Positions 22,201-32,913 of a DNA stretch of 64,000 bases are shown piece after piece (positions within the stretch are counted from its first letter, which is position 1; every line of letters starts with the position of its first letter). Position numbers and translations under genes: made by a program. The notes beneath the pieces were generated by a model. The model worked only from the letters and a program-made list of their open reading frames with translations, was not told the origin of the DNA and made no database searches. The stretch spans positions 9,489-73,488 of the forward strand of contig JBLXDJ010000008.1 in NCBI GenBank assembly GCA_048264105.1, read 5' to 3'. This DNA comes from Oceanospirillum sp. (GTDB lineage Bacteria > Pseudomonadota > Gammaproteobacteria > Pseudomonadales > Halomonadaceae).

Positions 22201-22587
22201 CAGGCGCACAATCGCCTGCTGTCGGGTGATACCCACTTCAAACTGAACCGTCAGCACCGACATACCGGCGCGGGAAACCGACATGGTGTGTTCCACGCCT
22301 TCGATTTCGCTCAGTACCTGTTCCGCAGGGGTGGACACCAGTTGTTCCACCTCAACCGGTGACGCACCGGAGAAAGGAATAAAGACGTTGGCGAAGGTTA
22401 CATCGATCTGAGGTTCTTCCTCTTTCGGCGTAATCAGAATAGCCAGCAGACCCAGCAGCATACCGACAATGGCCAGCAGTGGTGTGATCTCGGTGGTCTG
22501 AAACGCCTTAGCCGTGCGGCCGGAGATGCCCAGCGGCTTCTGTTCAGGAGCCTGATTATCACGCATCTTGTTCAACCCTCGCAGCAT
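19297..22587 (-). CDS. RND family efflux transporter permease (AcrB/AcrD/AcrF superfamily)
   Basis: 1096 aa with 12 TM segments and two large periplasmic loops. An alternative ATG at 22566 (MRDNQ...) overlaps the adaptor-gene stop by 8 nt and may be the true start. Confidence 0.9.
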   Translation of the reverse strand: MLRGLNKMRDNQAPEQKPLGISGRTAKAFQTTEITPLLAIVGMLLGLLAILITPKEEEPQIDVTFANVFIPFSGASPVEVEQLVSTPAEQVLSEIEGVEHTMSVSRAGMSVLTVQFEVGITRQQAIVRLYNQVFSNMDWLPPNLGVGQPLIKPMGIDDVPIMSLTLWSDDDTIGSHELKKIAHNLEVELKRVKGTRDIYTLGGPDTTVQVALDPARLSGFNISLDDLRNALQSGNTTGSETRIVSNNTVIPVQAGDFLSTVDDVKRLIVGLNNGSPVYLEDVADVTLGADVPEQSVFMGTGPAFAENGKPGLYPAVTMAIAKQPGQNAIDITESVNKRIEQLKNIAIPDNVQVTVTRDYGETANNKSNTLISKLIFATGAVVVLVLAALGFRQALIVGLAIVITLMITLFASWAYGFTLNRVSLFALIFSIGILVDDAIVVVENIHRHLSMGGKSMREAIPQAVDEVGGPTILATFTVIAALMPMAFVTGLMGPYMSPIPINASMGMLISLVIAFVVTPWLAFKLLKHEEQEHCAEAEHDVTSTKMLTFFRKMVGPFLQGKKGRKKRMALGAGIVALMMASVALPATLAVVLKMLPFDNKSEVQIIVDMPEGTPVEQTQRVLLELSEYLQTVPEVTHYQTYAGTAAPINFNGLVRQYYLRTDPHSGDIQVNFVDKGERDRKSHDIALSMREPLQAIGERYNANVKVVEVPPGPPVIAPIVAEVYGPNQEAMAETAKALRARLEQTDSIVDVDDMIEAPAQKYLLQVDRHKASLLGVPQASIVSAITAALGGEDISYLHESHQKYALPIRLELNEADKSNLQQFLTLKVRSMSGDLVALSEVVHLVDAQWEKTIYHKDLLPVTFVTADMAGDLDSPLYGMFDLIGQLGDEPLFKDTPLEQFFIQQPEWPLVPSVKWDGEWQVTYETFRDMGIAYGVGMILIYMLVVAQFRSYRVPLIIMTPIPLTVIGVMPGHALLDAQFTATSMIGMIALAGIIVRNSILLVDFINQQLEEGMSFEEAVIQSGAVRAKPIILTALAAMIGALFILDDPIFNGLAIALIFGLTVSTLLTLIVIPVMYYAFAPQRIKDLDQTVNKAEA

Positions 22588-23602
22588 TGATCAGTTTCAG
22601 GGCTTCATTGGGATCAAGGGCAACCTTATCGCCGGCCTGAAGACCTGAGAGAATCTCGATCTCACCATTTTTCTCGTAGCCGGTACGCACCTGACGCAGA
22701 CGGGGCACATCCTGACCATCCAGCACATAAACCGCGCGCAGTTCACTGCGGGTGATCAGTGCTGAAGCAGGAACCGTCAGGGCTTCTCCGGTCTGAATCG
22801 GCAGGGATACTTTCACCATCATGCCCGGATACAGACCCGCCTGACGCTCCGGCAGATGCACCCGCACCCTGAAGTTATGGGTTTTCGCATCGGCGTAAGG
22901 GAAGATGGTCAGCTCTTTGGCCGGAACGACATTACCACCGGGCAGCGTAACTTCAGCCAGTTGATGCTGGCGCACGGTATCGGCGTAGCTTTGTGGCAGA
23001 TTGATGTTGACCCGCATCTGGTCAAGATCGATACCGGACATCAGTGGAGAGCCGGGGGCGACCACTTCGCCAATCTCAACAAAACGCTCAGTGACCACGC
23101 CGCCATAAGGGGCGATCACCTTGGTGTAGGACATCTGTTTCTGTGCTTCTTTCAGCGCGCCCTGAGCACGGCGGTAGGTCGCGCGGGCACCGTCCAGCTG
23201 GTTTTTTGCCTGATCGTACTGGGCTTTAGATGCCAGCTCTTTACGGTAGATCTCATCAATACGGTTGAAAGCCTGCTCGGCATCACGCTGGTTAGCCAGC
23301 GCAGCCCGTGCGGCAGCCTGAGCCTGATCAAGACGGGCCTGTTGCTCCGTATCGCTGATCTCAACAATGACCGATCCCGGCTTTACCTTGTCATCCACAT
23401 CGTAATAGATGGCAGTGACGGTGCCTGCGGTCTGTGCGGCAACCGTACTTTTGCGCACCGCTTCGACAATGCCATCGAGCTTGATTGACTGGCTGACCGC
23501 TTTAGGCTGCAGGGTAACTGTCTCCAGAGCGTGAGCGGGCAGGGACAGCGCACCGAACAGGCAGATGGCCGAAAGCCAGGGTTTGAGGTGTTGATTGGAC
23601 AT
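22559..23602 (-). CDS. RND efflux periplasmic adaptor (membrane fusion protein)
   Basis: 347 aa with a signal sequence, an alpha-hairpin (QAQAAARAALANQRDAEQAF...) and lipoyl/beta-barrel segments. Translationally coupled to the RND permease. No outer-membrane factor gene is present in the operon. Confidence 0.88.
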   Translation of the reverse strand: MSNQHLKPWLSAICLFGALSLPAHALETVTLQPKAVSQSIKLDGIVEAVRKSTVAAQTAGTVTAIYYDVDDKVKPGSVIVEISDTEQQARLDQAQAAARAALANQRDAEQAFNRIDEIYRKELASKAQYDQAKNQLDGARATYRRAQGALKEAQKQMSYTKVIAPYGGVVTERFVEIGEVVAPGSPLMSGIDLDQMRVNINLPQSYADTVRQHQLAEVTLPGGNVVPAKELTIFPYADAKTHNFRVRVHLPERQAGLYPGMMVKVSLPIQTGEALTVPASALITRSELRAVYVLDGQDVPRLRQVRTGYEKNGEIEILSGLQAGDKVALDPNEALKLINAARVEQDA

Positions 23603-23870
23603 GAATCGTTCTCCTGCTAAGCCCGCTGAGATTGGGCCTAAAATTAGATTTTCTGTATATTAGCTTAACCTAATTATATAGGCAAATAAGAGATAGCTTT
23701 TTGCTGCAATTCTTTACGGCAAAGTTGTCTTTCGAGTGTAACGGATATTACAGCACATGCTAATGAGGATAGCGTGACACAGTCAGCGTACAGCGAATGG
23801 TTTCTCAGAGGGTGCTGGGGGAAACAGGAGCAATGGACATGCTAACGGGATAGAAAAGTCGTGTAGGGAA

Positions 23871-23901
23871 AAACGCAAAAAGGCTGCCGGAGCAGCCTTT
23901 T
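23871..23901 (-). terminator. Intrinsic terminator after rpoH
   Basis: On the minus strand: AAAAGGCTGCTCCGGCAGCCTTTTTGCGTTTTT. Confidence 0.8.
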
Positions 23902-23924
23902 AAAGGGTTCTTAAACTTTGGATG

Positions 23925-24791
23925 TCAGGCCTCTGCCGCTTCTTCCATAAGTTTGCGAACTTTGTTCATCGCATTCTTTTCCAGCTGTCGGATACGCTCA
24001 GCAGATACGCCGTAAACGTCAGCCAGCTCATGCAGGGTCGCCTTGTTGTCTGTCAGCCAGCGTTGCTGAAGAATCGCCTGACTGCGTTCATCAAGTTGCG
24101 ACATCGCATACTGAAGGCGGGAAGAAGCATCGGCTGCCCAGTTGGCATCCTCCAGCTCAGTCGCCGGATTGAAGCGATGGTCTTCGAGGTAATACGCCGG
24201 TGCCTGATAAGATGAATCATCATCGTCATCGGAGTAACCATCAAAGGCGGCATCATGGGCGCTGAGTCGGCTTTCCATCTGGCGGACCGTTTGCGGTTTT
24301 ACGTCCAGATCTTTGGCAATCGCTTCAACTTCACCGTTGTTCAGCCAGCCCAGACCTTTTTTGGCGCTGCGCAGGTTAAAGAACAGTTTACGCTGAGCTT
24401 TTGTGGTGGCCACTTTAACGATACGCCAGTTACGCAGCACGTATTCGTGAATTTCAGCTTTGATCCAGTGGACCGCAAAAGAAACCAGACGAACGCCGAC
24501 ATTTGGATCAAAGCGTTTTACCGCTTTCATCAGACCAACGTTACCTTCCTGAATCAGGTCTGCCTGTGGCAGGCCGTATCCGGAATAGCTTTTTGCGATA
24601 TGCACGACAAAGCGCAGGTGAGACATCACCAGCTGGCGTGCAGCCTCAAGATCACCCTCTTCATGCAGTTGGCGAGCCAGTTGCTGCTCGCGCTCAACAG
24701 ACAGAACAGGAATGCTGTTAGCAATCTGAATATAAGCGTTTAGGTCCTGTCCGGGGGACAGGTGGTCAACGGTTTGCAGGCTAGTATTCAT
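23925..24791 (-). CDS. rpoH: RNA polymerase heat-shock sigma factor sigma-32
   Basis: 288 aa. Contains the RpoH box (QRKLFFNLR) and conserved regions 2 and 4 ([21 protein letters not shown]). Confidence 0.96.
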   Translation of the reverse strand: MNTSLQTVDHLSPGQDLNAYIQIANSIPVLSVEREQQLARQLHEEGDLEAARQLVMSHLRFVVHIAKSYSGYGLPQADLIQEGNVGLMKAVKRFDPNVGVRLVSFAVHWIKAEIHEYVLRNWRIVKVATTKAQRKLFFNLRSAKKGLGWLNNGEVEAIAKDLDVKPQTVRQMESRLSAHDAAFDGYSDDDDDSSYQAPAYYLEDHRFNPATELEDANWAADASSRLQYAMSQLDERSQAILQQRWLTDNKATLHELADVYGVSAERIRQLEKNAMNKVRKLMEEAAEA

Positions 24792-24896
24792 ATTACCTCG
24801 AAGAAGCAGCTATTTATTACCGACAGGGACGGTTGTTTTCGACAAGCGATTGTCGACTAAAGCAAGCGTACCGGTTTGGATAATAGTACTGATCCT

Positions 24897-24923
24897 TGTG
24901 ATTTACAGTTAAGCCAAAAGTTC
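24897..24923 (-). promoter_or_regulatory. Candidate sigmaE (RpoE)-type promoter upstream of rpoH
   Basis: The minus strand reads GAACTT-N16-TCACA, ~105-130 nt upstream of the rpoH ATG. This resembles E. coli rpoH P3 (GAACTT...TCTGA). Confidence 0.4.
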
Positions 24924-25051
24924 AATCAGGAGATTAATATAAAATCTTCTGCATATTTTGCAAGTATCTAATCACAGTGCCGACTGAGGCGTCACCGTTT
25001 TAATTGATCATGAGGTCTCTGCTGATTATCTCATCGACCTGTCTGGCGCGG

Positions 25052-26167
25052 TTAGCGCGGTTCAATATCACCAAGATGACGACCCACCGCAACCCAGGCA
25101 CCGAGCCAGCCCAGCAGTGTACCGGACATAATAAGCAGCAACGAATCCGCCATGCCCAGTCCCACCAGTTCAAAGCTGCTGGAGTACACGCTGGCCAATG
25201 CCCGCACGGGGCCAGCCAGCCAGATCAGGCTGAGGTTAATAATCATCCAGGCCATTACGCCACCACCAAGTCCGTACCAGATACCGGTATACAGAAAAGG
25301 GCGACGCACAAAGGCGTTTGTGCCGCCAACCAGCTTCACAATCACGATCTCATCGCGACGGTTCTCAATGGCCAGACGGATTGTATTACCTACTACGAGT
25401 AAAACCGCGATTCCGAGCAGTACCGCCAAGGCACTGACGGCACGCTGGGCAAGCTCCATAATGTAGTAGAGGCGTTTAACCCAGGCCAGATCCAGTTGTG
25501 CTTCGTCCACTTCCGTCAGGCTTTGCAGTTCACTCAGCAGTTGCTCCTGCTGGTTAACCTGTCCCGCCGCCGGGCGTACAACCAATACGCTGGGCAGGGG
25601 ATTGCCATCCAGATAATCCAGAGCCTCACCAAAACCGGAGAACTCTTTGAACTCTCCAAGGGCCTGTTCCCGCGAGATGTACTGCACGGAGGCGATATCG
25701 TCCCGCTGGCGCAGATCTTCAGCCAGCGATTCGGCGCGCTGTTCCGAAACATCGGTTTTCAGAAACAGAGACATCTGAGCTGCGCCATCCCAGTTACTGG
25801 TGACCAGCTGGGCGTTGTTCAGAAAGATATAAAGGCTGGCAGGCAGTGCCAGAGCGATCGCCAGTACCGCCCAGGTCATCAGGCTGGCAAAAGGCGTTCG
25901 CAGGACGCGCCAGAGACTGTCGGTTGCCATCAGGCGGTGATGACGTAGCCAGCTGCTCATCTTCTGATTGGTCTGAACCTTGTGTTCACTGGCCCCTTCA
26001 GAACCCGGTCGTTTGCTGCTGGGCTTACGGGGTGTCTGGGTGCGTGCCGGTGTTGCTGCTTTAGGTGCGCCTTTGGGGGTTACACCGCGGCGTGCGCCGA
26101 GCGGGGTTGCACCGGTTGCGCCACGGGGAGAGGCACCACGGTTATGGGGTTTGCCGACTTCACTCAT
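25052..26167 (-). CDS. ftsX: Cell division ABC transporter permease-like protein FtsX
   Basis: 371 aa with a basic Pro/Gly/Ala-rich N-terminal extension, 4 TM segments and a large periplasmic loop. ATGA-type overlap with ftsE. Confidence 0.92.
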   Translation of the reverse strand: MSEVGKPHNRGASPRGATGATPLGARRGVTPKGAPKAATPARTQTPRKPSSKRPGSEGASEHKVQTNQKMSSWLRHHRLMATDSLWRVLRTPFASLMTWAVLAIALALPASLYIFLNNAQLVTSNWDGAAQMSLFLKTDVSEQRAESLAEDLRQRDDIASVQYISREQALGEFKEFSGFGEALDYLDGNPLPSVLVVRPAAGQVNQQEQLLSELQSLTEVDEAQLDLAWVKRLYYIMELAQRAVSALAVLLGIAVLLVVGNTIRLAIENRRDEIVIVKLVGGTNAFVRRPFLYTGIWYGLGGGVMAWMIINLSLIWLAGPVRALASVYSSSFELVGLGMADSLLLIMSGTLLGWLGAWVAVGRHLGDIEPR

Positions 26168-26844
26168 AGCGCACCTCCGTCAGTCACCAGTTGTCCGTCG
26201 CTCAGGGTCAGTACCCGGTGTCCCATGCGGGCGATCAGACTAAGATCGTGACTGGCGATCAGTACGGTCACACCCACTTCGTTGAACTGTTCAAACAAGT
26301 GCATAATTTCCGATGACAGCTGAGGGTCAAGGTTACCGGTCGGCTCATCCGCCAGTAGAAGCGGCGGCTTGTTAACCACGGCGCGGGCGATACCGACCCG
26401 CTGCTGTTCACCACCGGATAACATGATCGGGTTCAGCTTCTCTTTTTTCAGCAGGCCGACCTTATCCAGTGCGGCACGTACCCGGCGACCAATATCCGCA
26501 GGGTCTGCACCTTCAATCATCAGCGGCAGGGCAACATTGTCGAATACCGAGCGGTCAAACAGCAGTTGGTGGTTCTGGAATACTACGCCGATGTTGCGGC
26601 GCAGATACGGCACCTGACTGCTGCTCATGCGGGAAAGGTTCTGGCCGTTGATAAAGACCTGACCCTGAGACGCTTTCTCCATCCGCATAATCAGCTTCAG
26701 CAAGGTACTCTTACCTGCACCGGAGTGACCGGTCAGAAAGCACATTTCGCCTTTTTCAACGGAAAGATTGAGTTGTTTTAGGGCTTCATGCCCGTTCTCA
26801 TAGCGTTTACTGACGTTGTCGAAGCGGATCATGGCATCCTGCAT
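26164..26844 (-). CDS. ftsE: Cell division ATP-binding protein FtsE
   Basis: 226 aa with Walker A GHSGAGKST, signature LSGGEQQR and Walker B LLLADEPTG. Confidence 0.96.
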   Translation of the reverse strand: MQDAMIRFDNVSKRYENGHEALKQLNLSVEKGEMCFLTGHSGAGKSTLLKLIMRMEKASQGQVFINGQNLSRMSSSQVPYLRRNIGVVFQNHQLLFDRSVFDNVALPLMIEGADPADIGRRVRAALDKVGLLKKEKLNPIMLSGGEQQRVGIARAVVNKPPLLLADEPTGNLDPQLSSEIMHLFEQFNEVGVTVLIASHDLSLIARMGHRVLTLSDGQLVTDGGAL

Positions 26845-26951
26845 TTGAATGTTCGGGGAAGCGGTCGGGCAAGCATGGTGTTGCCGGAGTGCTTCCGGGT
26901 TAAATCAGAAGAGTAGCCGCGCAGCCCGAGGGGGCTGCGGGAGATGGCTGT

Positions 26952-28280
26952 TTAGCCTTCGTTCTGGTCGAACAGTGCTTTAGTGAACTGATCCGCATCA
27001 AACGGACGCAGATCATCCACCTGCTCACCAACCCCGATAAAGCGGATCGGAATCTGCATTTTCTGCGCCAGAGCGAATACGATACCGCCTTTTGCGGTGC
27101 CGTCCAGTTTGGTCAGTGTGATACCGGTTAAGCCGACCGCTTCATCAAACAGGTTGGCCTGAGACAGAGCGTTCTGACCGGTTCCGGCATCCACCACCAG
27201 CATGGTTTCGTGAGGTGCTGAGTCATCCAGTTTTTTCATCACGCGGGTGACTTTCTTCAGCTCTTCCATCAGATTACTTTTGTTCTGCAGGCGGCCTGCG
27301 GTATCGGCAATCAGTACATCGACGTTACGGGCTGTGGCGGCCTGAATCGCATCAAAGATCACAGACGCACTGTCTGCCCCTGTGTGCTGAGCGATTACCG
27401 GTACGCTGTTACGCTCACCCCAAACCTGCAGCTGCTCAACCGCAGCAGCACGAAAAGTATCACCGGCGGCCAGCATGACGCTTTTGCCTTCCTGCTGGAA
27501 TTTCTTCGCCAGCTTACCGATGGTGGTGGTTTTACCCACGCCGTTAACACCGACCATCAGAATCACATAAGGTGTTTTCTGGTTTTCGATGTTCAGCGGC
27601 TTATTCGCCGGTTCCAGCATGGCGCGCAGCTCTTCCTGCAGAGCCGCGTAAAGCGCCTGTGCATCGGTCAGCTGTTTGCGTGAAACACGGTCGGTCAGGC
27701 GGTCGATAATCTCGGAGGTGGCTTCTACGCCGATATCGGCAACCAGAAGCTGAGTTTCGATCTCTTCCAGCAGGTCATCATCGATCTGCTTCTTGCCCAT
27801 AAACAGGCTGGCCAGACCCTCGCTCAGATTCGCGCGGGTGCGTCCCAGACCTTGCTTGATGCGACCAAAGAAACCAACTTTTTCTTTCTTCGGTTCCTCA
27901 GTCTGAGCTGGCGCTTCAGCAGGAACGGCAACGGCGTCTGCCTGAGGCGTTTCCGGCTCCGGCTGAACCTCAACCTCTGGTTCGGCAGGCTTTTCTGTTG
28001 GTTCCGGGTCCGTTACGGCGTCAGCAGATGTTTCTGACGTAGCCGGTTCGGCATCATCGGAAGCGGTCTCAGGAGCGTCCTGCTCGGTTACTGTGGCAGA
28101 AGAGGTCTCCTGACCATCAACAGGCAGTTCCTGCGCCTGGGTGTCAGATGTTTGAGTATGAGTCTCTGATAAGGGCGCTTCGGTGGCGCTTTCTTCAGAT
28201 GAGGTCGTCTCCGGAGATTGTTCCAGAGGCGTTTCCGGCTGATCCGGCTGCTTCTTGTTACGCTTGAAGAATCCAAACAT
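26952..28280 (-). CDS. ftsY: Signal recognition particle receptor FtsY
   Basis: 442 aa. Acidic A-domain followed by an NG domain (GVNGVGKTTTIGKLA, DTAGRL, TKLDGTAKGG). Confidence 0.96.
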   Translation of the reverse strand: MFGFFKRNKKQPDQPETPLEQSPETTSSEESATEAPLSETHTQTSDTQAQELPVDGQETSSATVTEQDAPETASDDAEPATSETSADAVTDPEPTEKPAEPEVEVQPEPETPQADAVAVPAEAPAQTEEPKKEKVGFFGRIKQGLGRTRANLSEGLASLFMGKKQIDDDLLEEIETQLLVADIGVEATSEIIDRLTDRVSRKQLTDAQALYAALQEELRAMLEPANKPLNIENQKTPYVILMVGVNGVGKTTTIGKLAKKFQQEGKSVMLAAGDTFRAAAVEQLQVWGERNSVPVIAQHTGADSASVIFDAIQAATARNVDVLIADTAGRLQNKSNLMEELKKVTRVMKKLDDSAPHETMLVVDAGTGQNALSQANLFDEAVGLTGITLTKLDGTAKGGIVFALAQKMQIPIRFIGVGEQVDDLRPFDADQFTKALFDQNEG

Positions 28281-28446
28281 GGGATAAATTCTGTCTCATT
28301 AGAACGGAAAATGGCAGGCGAGACCCTGCCTCTTATGGCGCTCTATCCTACCACTTGTCGCCCACGGGGGGTACAATCCACGGCGCTTTGACCGTTATCT
28401 TTTATGTGCACACCTTCACCGATTAATCTGAGTTCTGGAAAGCCCC

Positions 28447-29085
28447 ATGCCAAGATCCCGCCGCACCTCTTCCCGTCCTTCTTCCGGCTCGCCGAAATCT
28501 GCCAGGTCATCGGCATCGTCTGCCGGACGGAACCAGCTGCGGATTATCTCCGGTGAATGGCGCGGGCGTAAGCTGCCGTTTCCGGATGGTGAAGGTCTGC
28601 GCCCCACCGGCGACCGTATGCGGGAGACGTTGTTTAACTGGCTGAGTTTTGATCTCTATAGTCGTCGCGTGCTGGATCTGTTTGCCGGAAGTGGAGCGCT
28701 GGGGCTGGAAGCCTTGTCCCGTGGCGCGAAAAGCGCGGTCTTTCTGGATAATCATCCGGGGGTGGTGCGCCAGATGCGGGAGAACCTGCAAACACTGAAA
28801 TGTGATCAGGCGGAGGTGTTTCAGGGGGAGGCGTTAAGCTGGATTGCGACCCATGAGGATCGTTTTGACCTGATCTTTCTTGATCCGCCCTTCGGTAAAG
28901 GTTTGCTGGCACCGGTTTGTCAGGGGCTTGAGCAGCAGAAACGGCTGAACGATGGTGCGCTGATCTATCTGGAAGCGGAGAAGGGGTTTGATTTCGCGGA
29001 GATTCCGGTCAGCTGGCAGCTGGAGAAAGAGAAGAAGGCCGGGCAGGTGATCTGCCGCCTCTACCGTCGGGTTGAGGCAGCATAA
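28447..29085 (+). CDS. rsmD: 16S rRNA (guanine966-N2)-methyltransferase RsmD
   Basis: 212 aa. LRIISGEWRGRKLPFPDGEGLRPTGDRMRETLFNWL and the DPPF motif match E. coli RsmD. There is a Ser/Arg-rich 30-aa N-terminal extension and no alternative in-frame start. Confidence 0.9.
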   Translation: MPRSRRTSSRPSSGSPKSARSSASSAGRNQLRIISGEWRGRKLPFPDGEGLRPTGDRMRETLFNWLSFDLYSRRVLDLFAGSGALGLEALSRGAKSAVFLDNHPGVVRQMRENLQTLKCDQAEVFQGEALSWIATHEDRFDLIFLDPPFGKGLLAPVCQGLEQQKRLNDGALIYLEAEKGFDFAEIPVSWQLEKEKKAGQVICRLYRRVEAA

Positions 29086-29103
29086 CCGTCACAGAGAAAA
29101 GAC

Positions 29104-29835
29104 TCAGGCTGCGTTGGGCCCGAAGGTTTCCATCAGTTTCCGGGTTTCTTCTTTGGTGGCGTCGGTCAGGTATGGCATCTCAAGGCAGGTCATCTGGTAG
29201 ATCACCTGATTGAGCTGTTCCCGGGTCAACTGATCTTCCGTGATGCCCAGCGCTGTACGCAGGTAGGTAGTCCAGCTGGTCACCAGAATCCAGATATTCA
29301 GCGCCAGAGGTTTCAGCTGATCCTGAGGAATATCCATAAAACCGGATTCGCACATTCTGACGTAAACCTGCTCAGTGCTTTTAATGCCCTGAGTGGCAAA
29401 AGCCTGATAGCGTTCTTTCAGCTCAGCATCGTTGGCCAGCATGCCGACCAGATCGCGATGCATAAAGCGGTATTCCCAGATCAGATCCAGCAGCATGTCG
29501 GTCAGTCTGGCGCGATCTTCCAGCGTAATGTCGCGGTCAGCGGGCAGATCAAAGAGTTCTGATACCGCCTGCTCGTACTGATCGAAAATACGCGCAATAA
29601 TGTCGGACTTATTGCGGTAATGGTAATAGAGATTGCCCGGTGAAATCTTAATATGGGCAGCGATATGGTTGGTTGTTATAGAGCGTTCTCCGTGGAGATT
29701 AAACAACTCTAAAGAAGCCTGAACGATTTTGTCTTTTGTTTTCACGGTCAATTCTCGGGGGGTCGCTTTAGCTGCTTGTAATGAAATTTTAGCGTCGTCT
29801 TCCGGCTTTCTTTGTGAGCAGGTAAGTCTTCGCAA
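29104..29835 (-). CDS. TetR/AcrR family transcriptional regulator
   Basis: HTH segment: IVQASLELFNLHGERSITTNHIAAHIKISPGNLYYHYRNK. The long ORF starts at 29835, but the GTG at 29745 (VKTKDKIVQ...) is a more typical TetR N-terminus. Confidence 0.85.
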   Translation of the reverse strand: MRRLTCSQRKPEDDAKISLQAAKATPRELTVKTKDKIVQASLELFNLHGERSITTNHIAAHIKISPGNLYYHYRNKSDIIARIFDQYEQAVSELFDLPADRDITLEDRARLTDMLLDLIWEYRFMHRDLVGMLANDAELKERYQAFATQGIKSTEQVYVRMCESGFMDIPQDQLKPLALNIWILVTSWTTYLRTALGITEDQLTREQLNQVIYQMTCLEMPYLTDATKEETRKLMETFGPNAA

Positions 29836-29843
29836 TCAGATCA

Positions 29844-29856
29844 TCTCAAATTGAGA
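29844..29856. promoter_or_regulatory. Palindrome TCTCAA-A-TTGAGA, candidate operator upstream of the TetR gene
   Basis: Perfect 6+6 inverted repeat in the TetR/coaD divergent intergenic region. A second inverted repeat, AACAGTG-N13-CACTGTT, lies at 29896-29922. Confidence 0.25.
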
Positions 29857-30080
29857 CGTAAGCATTAAGGCCTTTGCAGGTACTTATTTAGTCGTAACAG
29901 TGACTCTGAATATAGCACTGTTAGAGTAATAAGTCTGTTTTCAAAGGTGGGCGATCCAGGCCGCATTTGTGCTGTCATAATCGGGCAATAGCCGAAAGGC
30001 AGTCTATCAAGTCCCTAAAAAGTGTGATGCTATTACAGCTTAACGCTTTTGGCTGCTTAGAATTAGCTATAACCTTATAG

Positions 30081-30647
<567 letters not shown>

Positions 30648-30699
30648 TTTGCAGTTTAAGAACTCTTAGCAAGAACACTTAAAACGACTAATAAGTTAG

Positions 30700-30975
<276 letters not shown>

Positions 30976-30995
30976 TTCTGTTTCCTGTCAGAAAG

Positions 30996-31025
30996 AATGC
31001 AGCACTTCGGTGCTGCATTTTTTTT
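30996..31025 (+). terminator. Intrinsic terminator after the ferredoxin gene
   Basis: AATGCAGCAC-ttcg-GTGCTGCATTTTTTTT. Confidence 0.85.
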
Positions 31026-31097
31026 GCCTGCACTTTCCTGTCTGCCGCCTGATTTCTTATCCTGAACCTTTCCTGTTGATCACTCTGCGGAGCTATC

Positions 31098-32426
31098 GTG
31101 ACGTCATCTTCTCTGTATAAGCAGATCTTTGCGCTTTCCCTGCCGATCATTATCTCCAATATCAGTGTCCCTCTGTTGGGGCTGGTGGATACCGCAGTGG
31201 TTGGCCATCTGAGTGATGCGTCTTATCTGGCGGGCGTCACGCTGGGGGCGACCCTGTTCAGTTTTTTGTTCTGGGGCTTTGGCTTTTTACGCATGGGGAC
31301 AACCGGAGCGGTATCTCAGGCTGCCGGGGCAGACGATTGGTCGGCGGTTATCCGGTTGTTGCAGCAGGGTGTGGTGATGGCGCTGGGTATCGCGCTGCTG
31401 TTACTGCTGTTTCAGTTCTGGCTGGTGCCCGCAGGGCTGGCGCTGTTGGCGGATGCCGGGCCAGCCAGAGAGCAGGCGGCATTGTATGCCGGGGTTCGTA
31501 TCTGGTCCGCCCCTGCGGTGCTGATCAACTATGTGCTGATGGGCTGGTTTCTGGCGCAGAAAAACAGTCGCTTTGCCCTGCAGATGCTCTTGCTGGGTAA
31601 CGGCATCAATATTTTGCTGGATCTGGTTTTTGTCATGCTGCTGGGCTGGCAGGTGCAGGGGGTGGCGTTTGCCTCTCTGATTGCGGATTACAGTGTGCTG
31701 ATCGCCGGTGGCTGGCTGGCGTTCAGGCGTGTGTCTCAGTTGCTGCCGAAAGGTGCGCAACCCTGGCAGTCATGGGTTGCGGAGGAGTTTAAAGCGCTGT
31801 TTCGGGTTAATCATCAGCTGATGGTGCGTACCTGGCTGTTGCTGGGCAGCATGGCTTACTTCACCTCTCAGGGAGCAGCCTTTGGCAGTGAGACACTGGC
31901 AGCCAATGCGATTCTGATGCAGCTGATCATGATGGCGTCTTACGCCCTGGACGGTTACGCCCATGCTGCAGAAGCCCTTGTCGGGCAGGCGGAAGGCGCC
32001 GATAACGCCGGGTTACGCCATAGAACCGTATGTGCCGGTGCCCTGATGAGTGCTTTGACCGTTGCGCTGATCAGCCTTTGTTATCTTCTTTGGGGGGCGC
32101 AGCTGATCGGTTTGCTGACCGATCTGTCTCAGGTCAGACAGTTGGCGCAGGACTATCTGCTCTGGGCGGTGCTGATCCCTTTGCTGGCATCAGGAAGCTA
32201 TCTTCTGGACGGCGTTTATATCGGCATGATGCGCAGTGATGTGATGCGTAATGGCATGCTGCTGGCCTTTGCAGCCTTTCTGTTGCTGGAGTGGGGATTA
32301 TCCGGTTGGGCTAATCAGGGGCTTTGGGCAGCCTTTGCCGGTTTTATGCTGTTACGCTCTCTGGTGATGGCGCTGCATTATCTTTTTGTCATTAACCGCC
32401 CTGCTGGTCATCAACCGCCAGCCTGA
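31098..32426 (+). CDS. MATE family efflux transporter (DinF-like)
   Basis: 442 aa, 12 TM segments, GTG start. N-terminal LSLPIIISNISVPLLGLVDTAVVGHL is typical of MatE. Confidence 0.85.
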   Translation: MTSSSLYKQIFALSLPIIISNISVPLLGLVDTAVVGHLSDASYLAGVTLGATLFSFLFWGFGFLRMGTTGAVSQAAGADDWSAVIRLLQQGVVMALGIALLLLLFQFWLVPAGLALLADAGPAREQAALYAGVRIWSAPAVLINYVLMGWFLAQKNSRFALQMLLLGNGINILLDLVFVMLLGWQVQGVAFASLIADYSVLIAGGWLAFRRVSQLLPKGAQPWQSWVAEEFKALFRVNHQLMVRTWLLLGSMAYFTSQGAAFGSETLAANAILMQLIMMASYALDGYAHAAEALVGQAEGADNAGLRHRTVCAGALMSALTVALISLCYLLWGAQLIGLLTDLSQVRQLAQDYLLWAVLIPLLASGSYLLDGVYIGMMRSDVMRNGMLLAFAAFLLLEWGLSGWANQGLWAAFAGFMLLRSLVMALHYLFVINRPAGHQPPA

Positions 32427-32451
32427 GCATCATCAATCAGAAGGCAGCGGA

Positions 32452-32877
32452 TTACATCTGTTGGGCAACGCCTTCGCAATGGGGCAGAAAATTCGCCACG
32501 ATATAGAGTTCACCTTCACGATGGATGGTGCCCTGAATGATGCCGGAGGCATCCTGATTCGGTGGTGGCTCAATGCTGCTGTCATCAAAGCCCAGAATCG
32601 CTTCCACTTTATCCACCACAATGCCGCACAGGCCATCGTCGGTTTCGATGGAGATGATGCGCGAGTCTTCGGATCTCGGGTCTTCAGGCAGCGCCATAAG
32701 CTTACGCGCTGAGATTACCGTCAGTACCTCACCACGGATATTCAGAATACCATCAACATCATGCGGTGCTCCCGGAACCGGAGAGGGTTCCTGATAGCGC
32801 AGCACTTCCTTGATACTGCCTACGGGGTGAGCATACTTTTCGCCCGCCAAACAAAAGCTGACCCATTGATCATTCAT
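32452..32877 (-). CDS. CheW-like chemotaxis coupling domain protein (orphan)
   Basis: 141 aa. FCLAGEKYAHPVGSIKEVLRY...PGAPHDVDGILNIRGEVLTVIS matches the CheW domain. There are no other che genes nearby. Confidence 0.8.
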   Translation of the reverse strand: MNDQWVSFCLAGEKYAHPVGSIKEVLRYQEPSPVPGAPHDVDGILNIRGEVLTVISARKLMALPEDPRSEDSRIISIETDDGLCGIVVDKVEAILGFDDSSIEPPPNQDASGIIQGTIHREGELYIVANFLPHCEGVAQQM

Positions 32878-32913
32878 TGATTCAAGTCTCTCTGAAATGC
32901 GATACAGAACAAA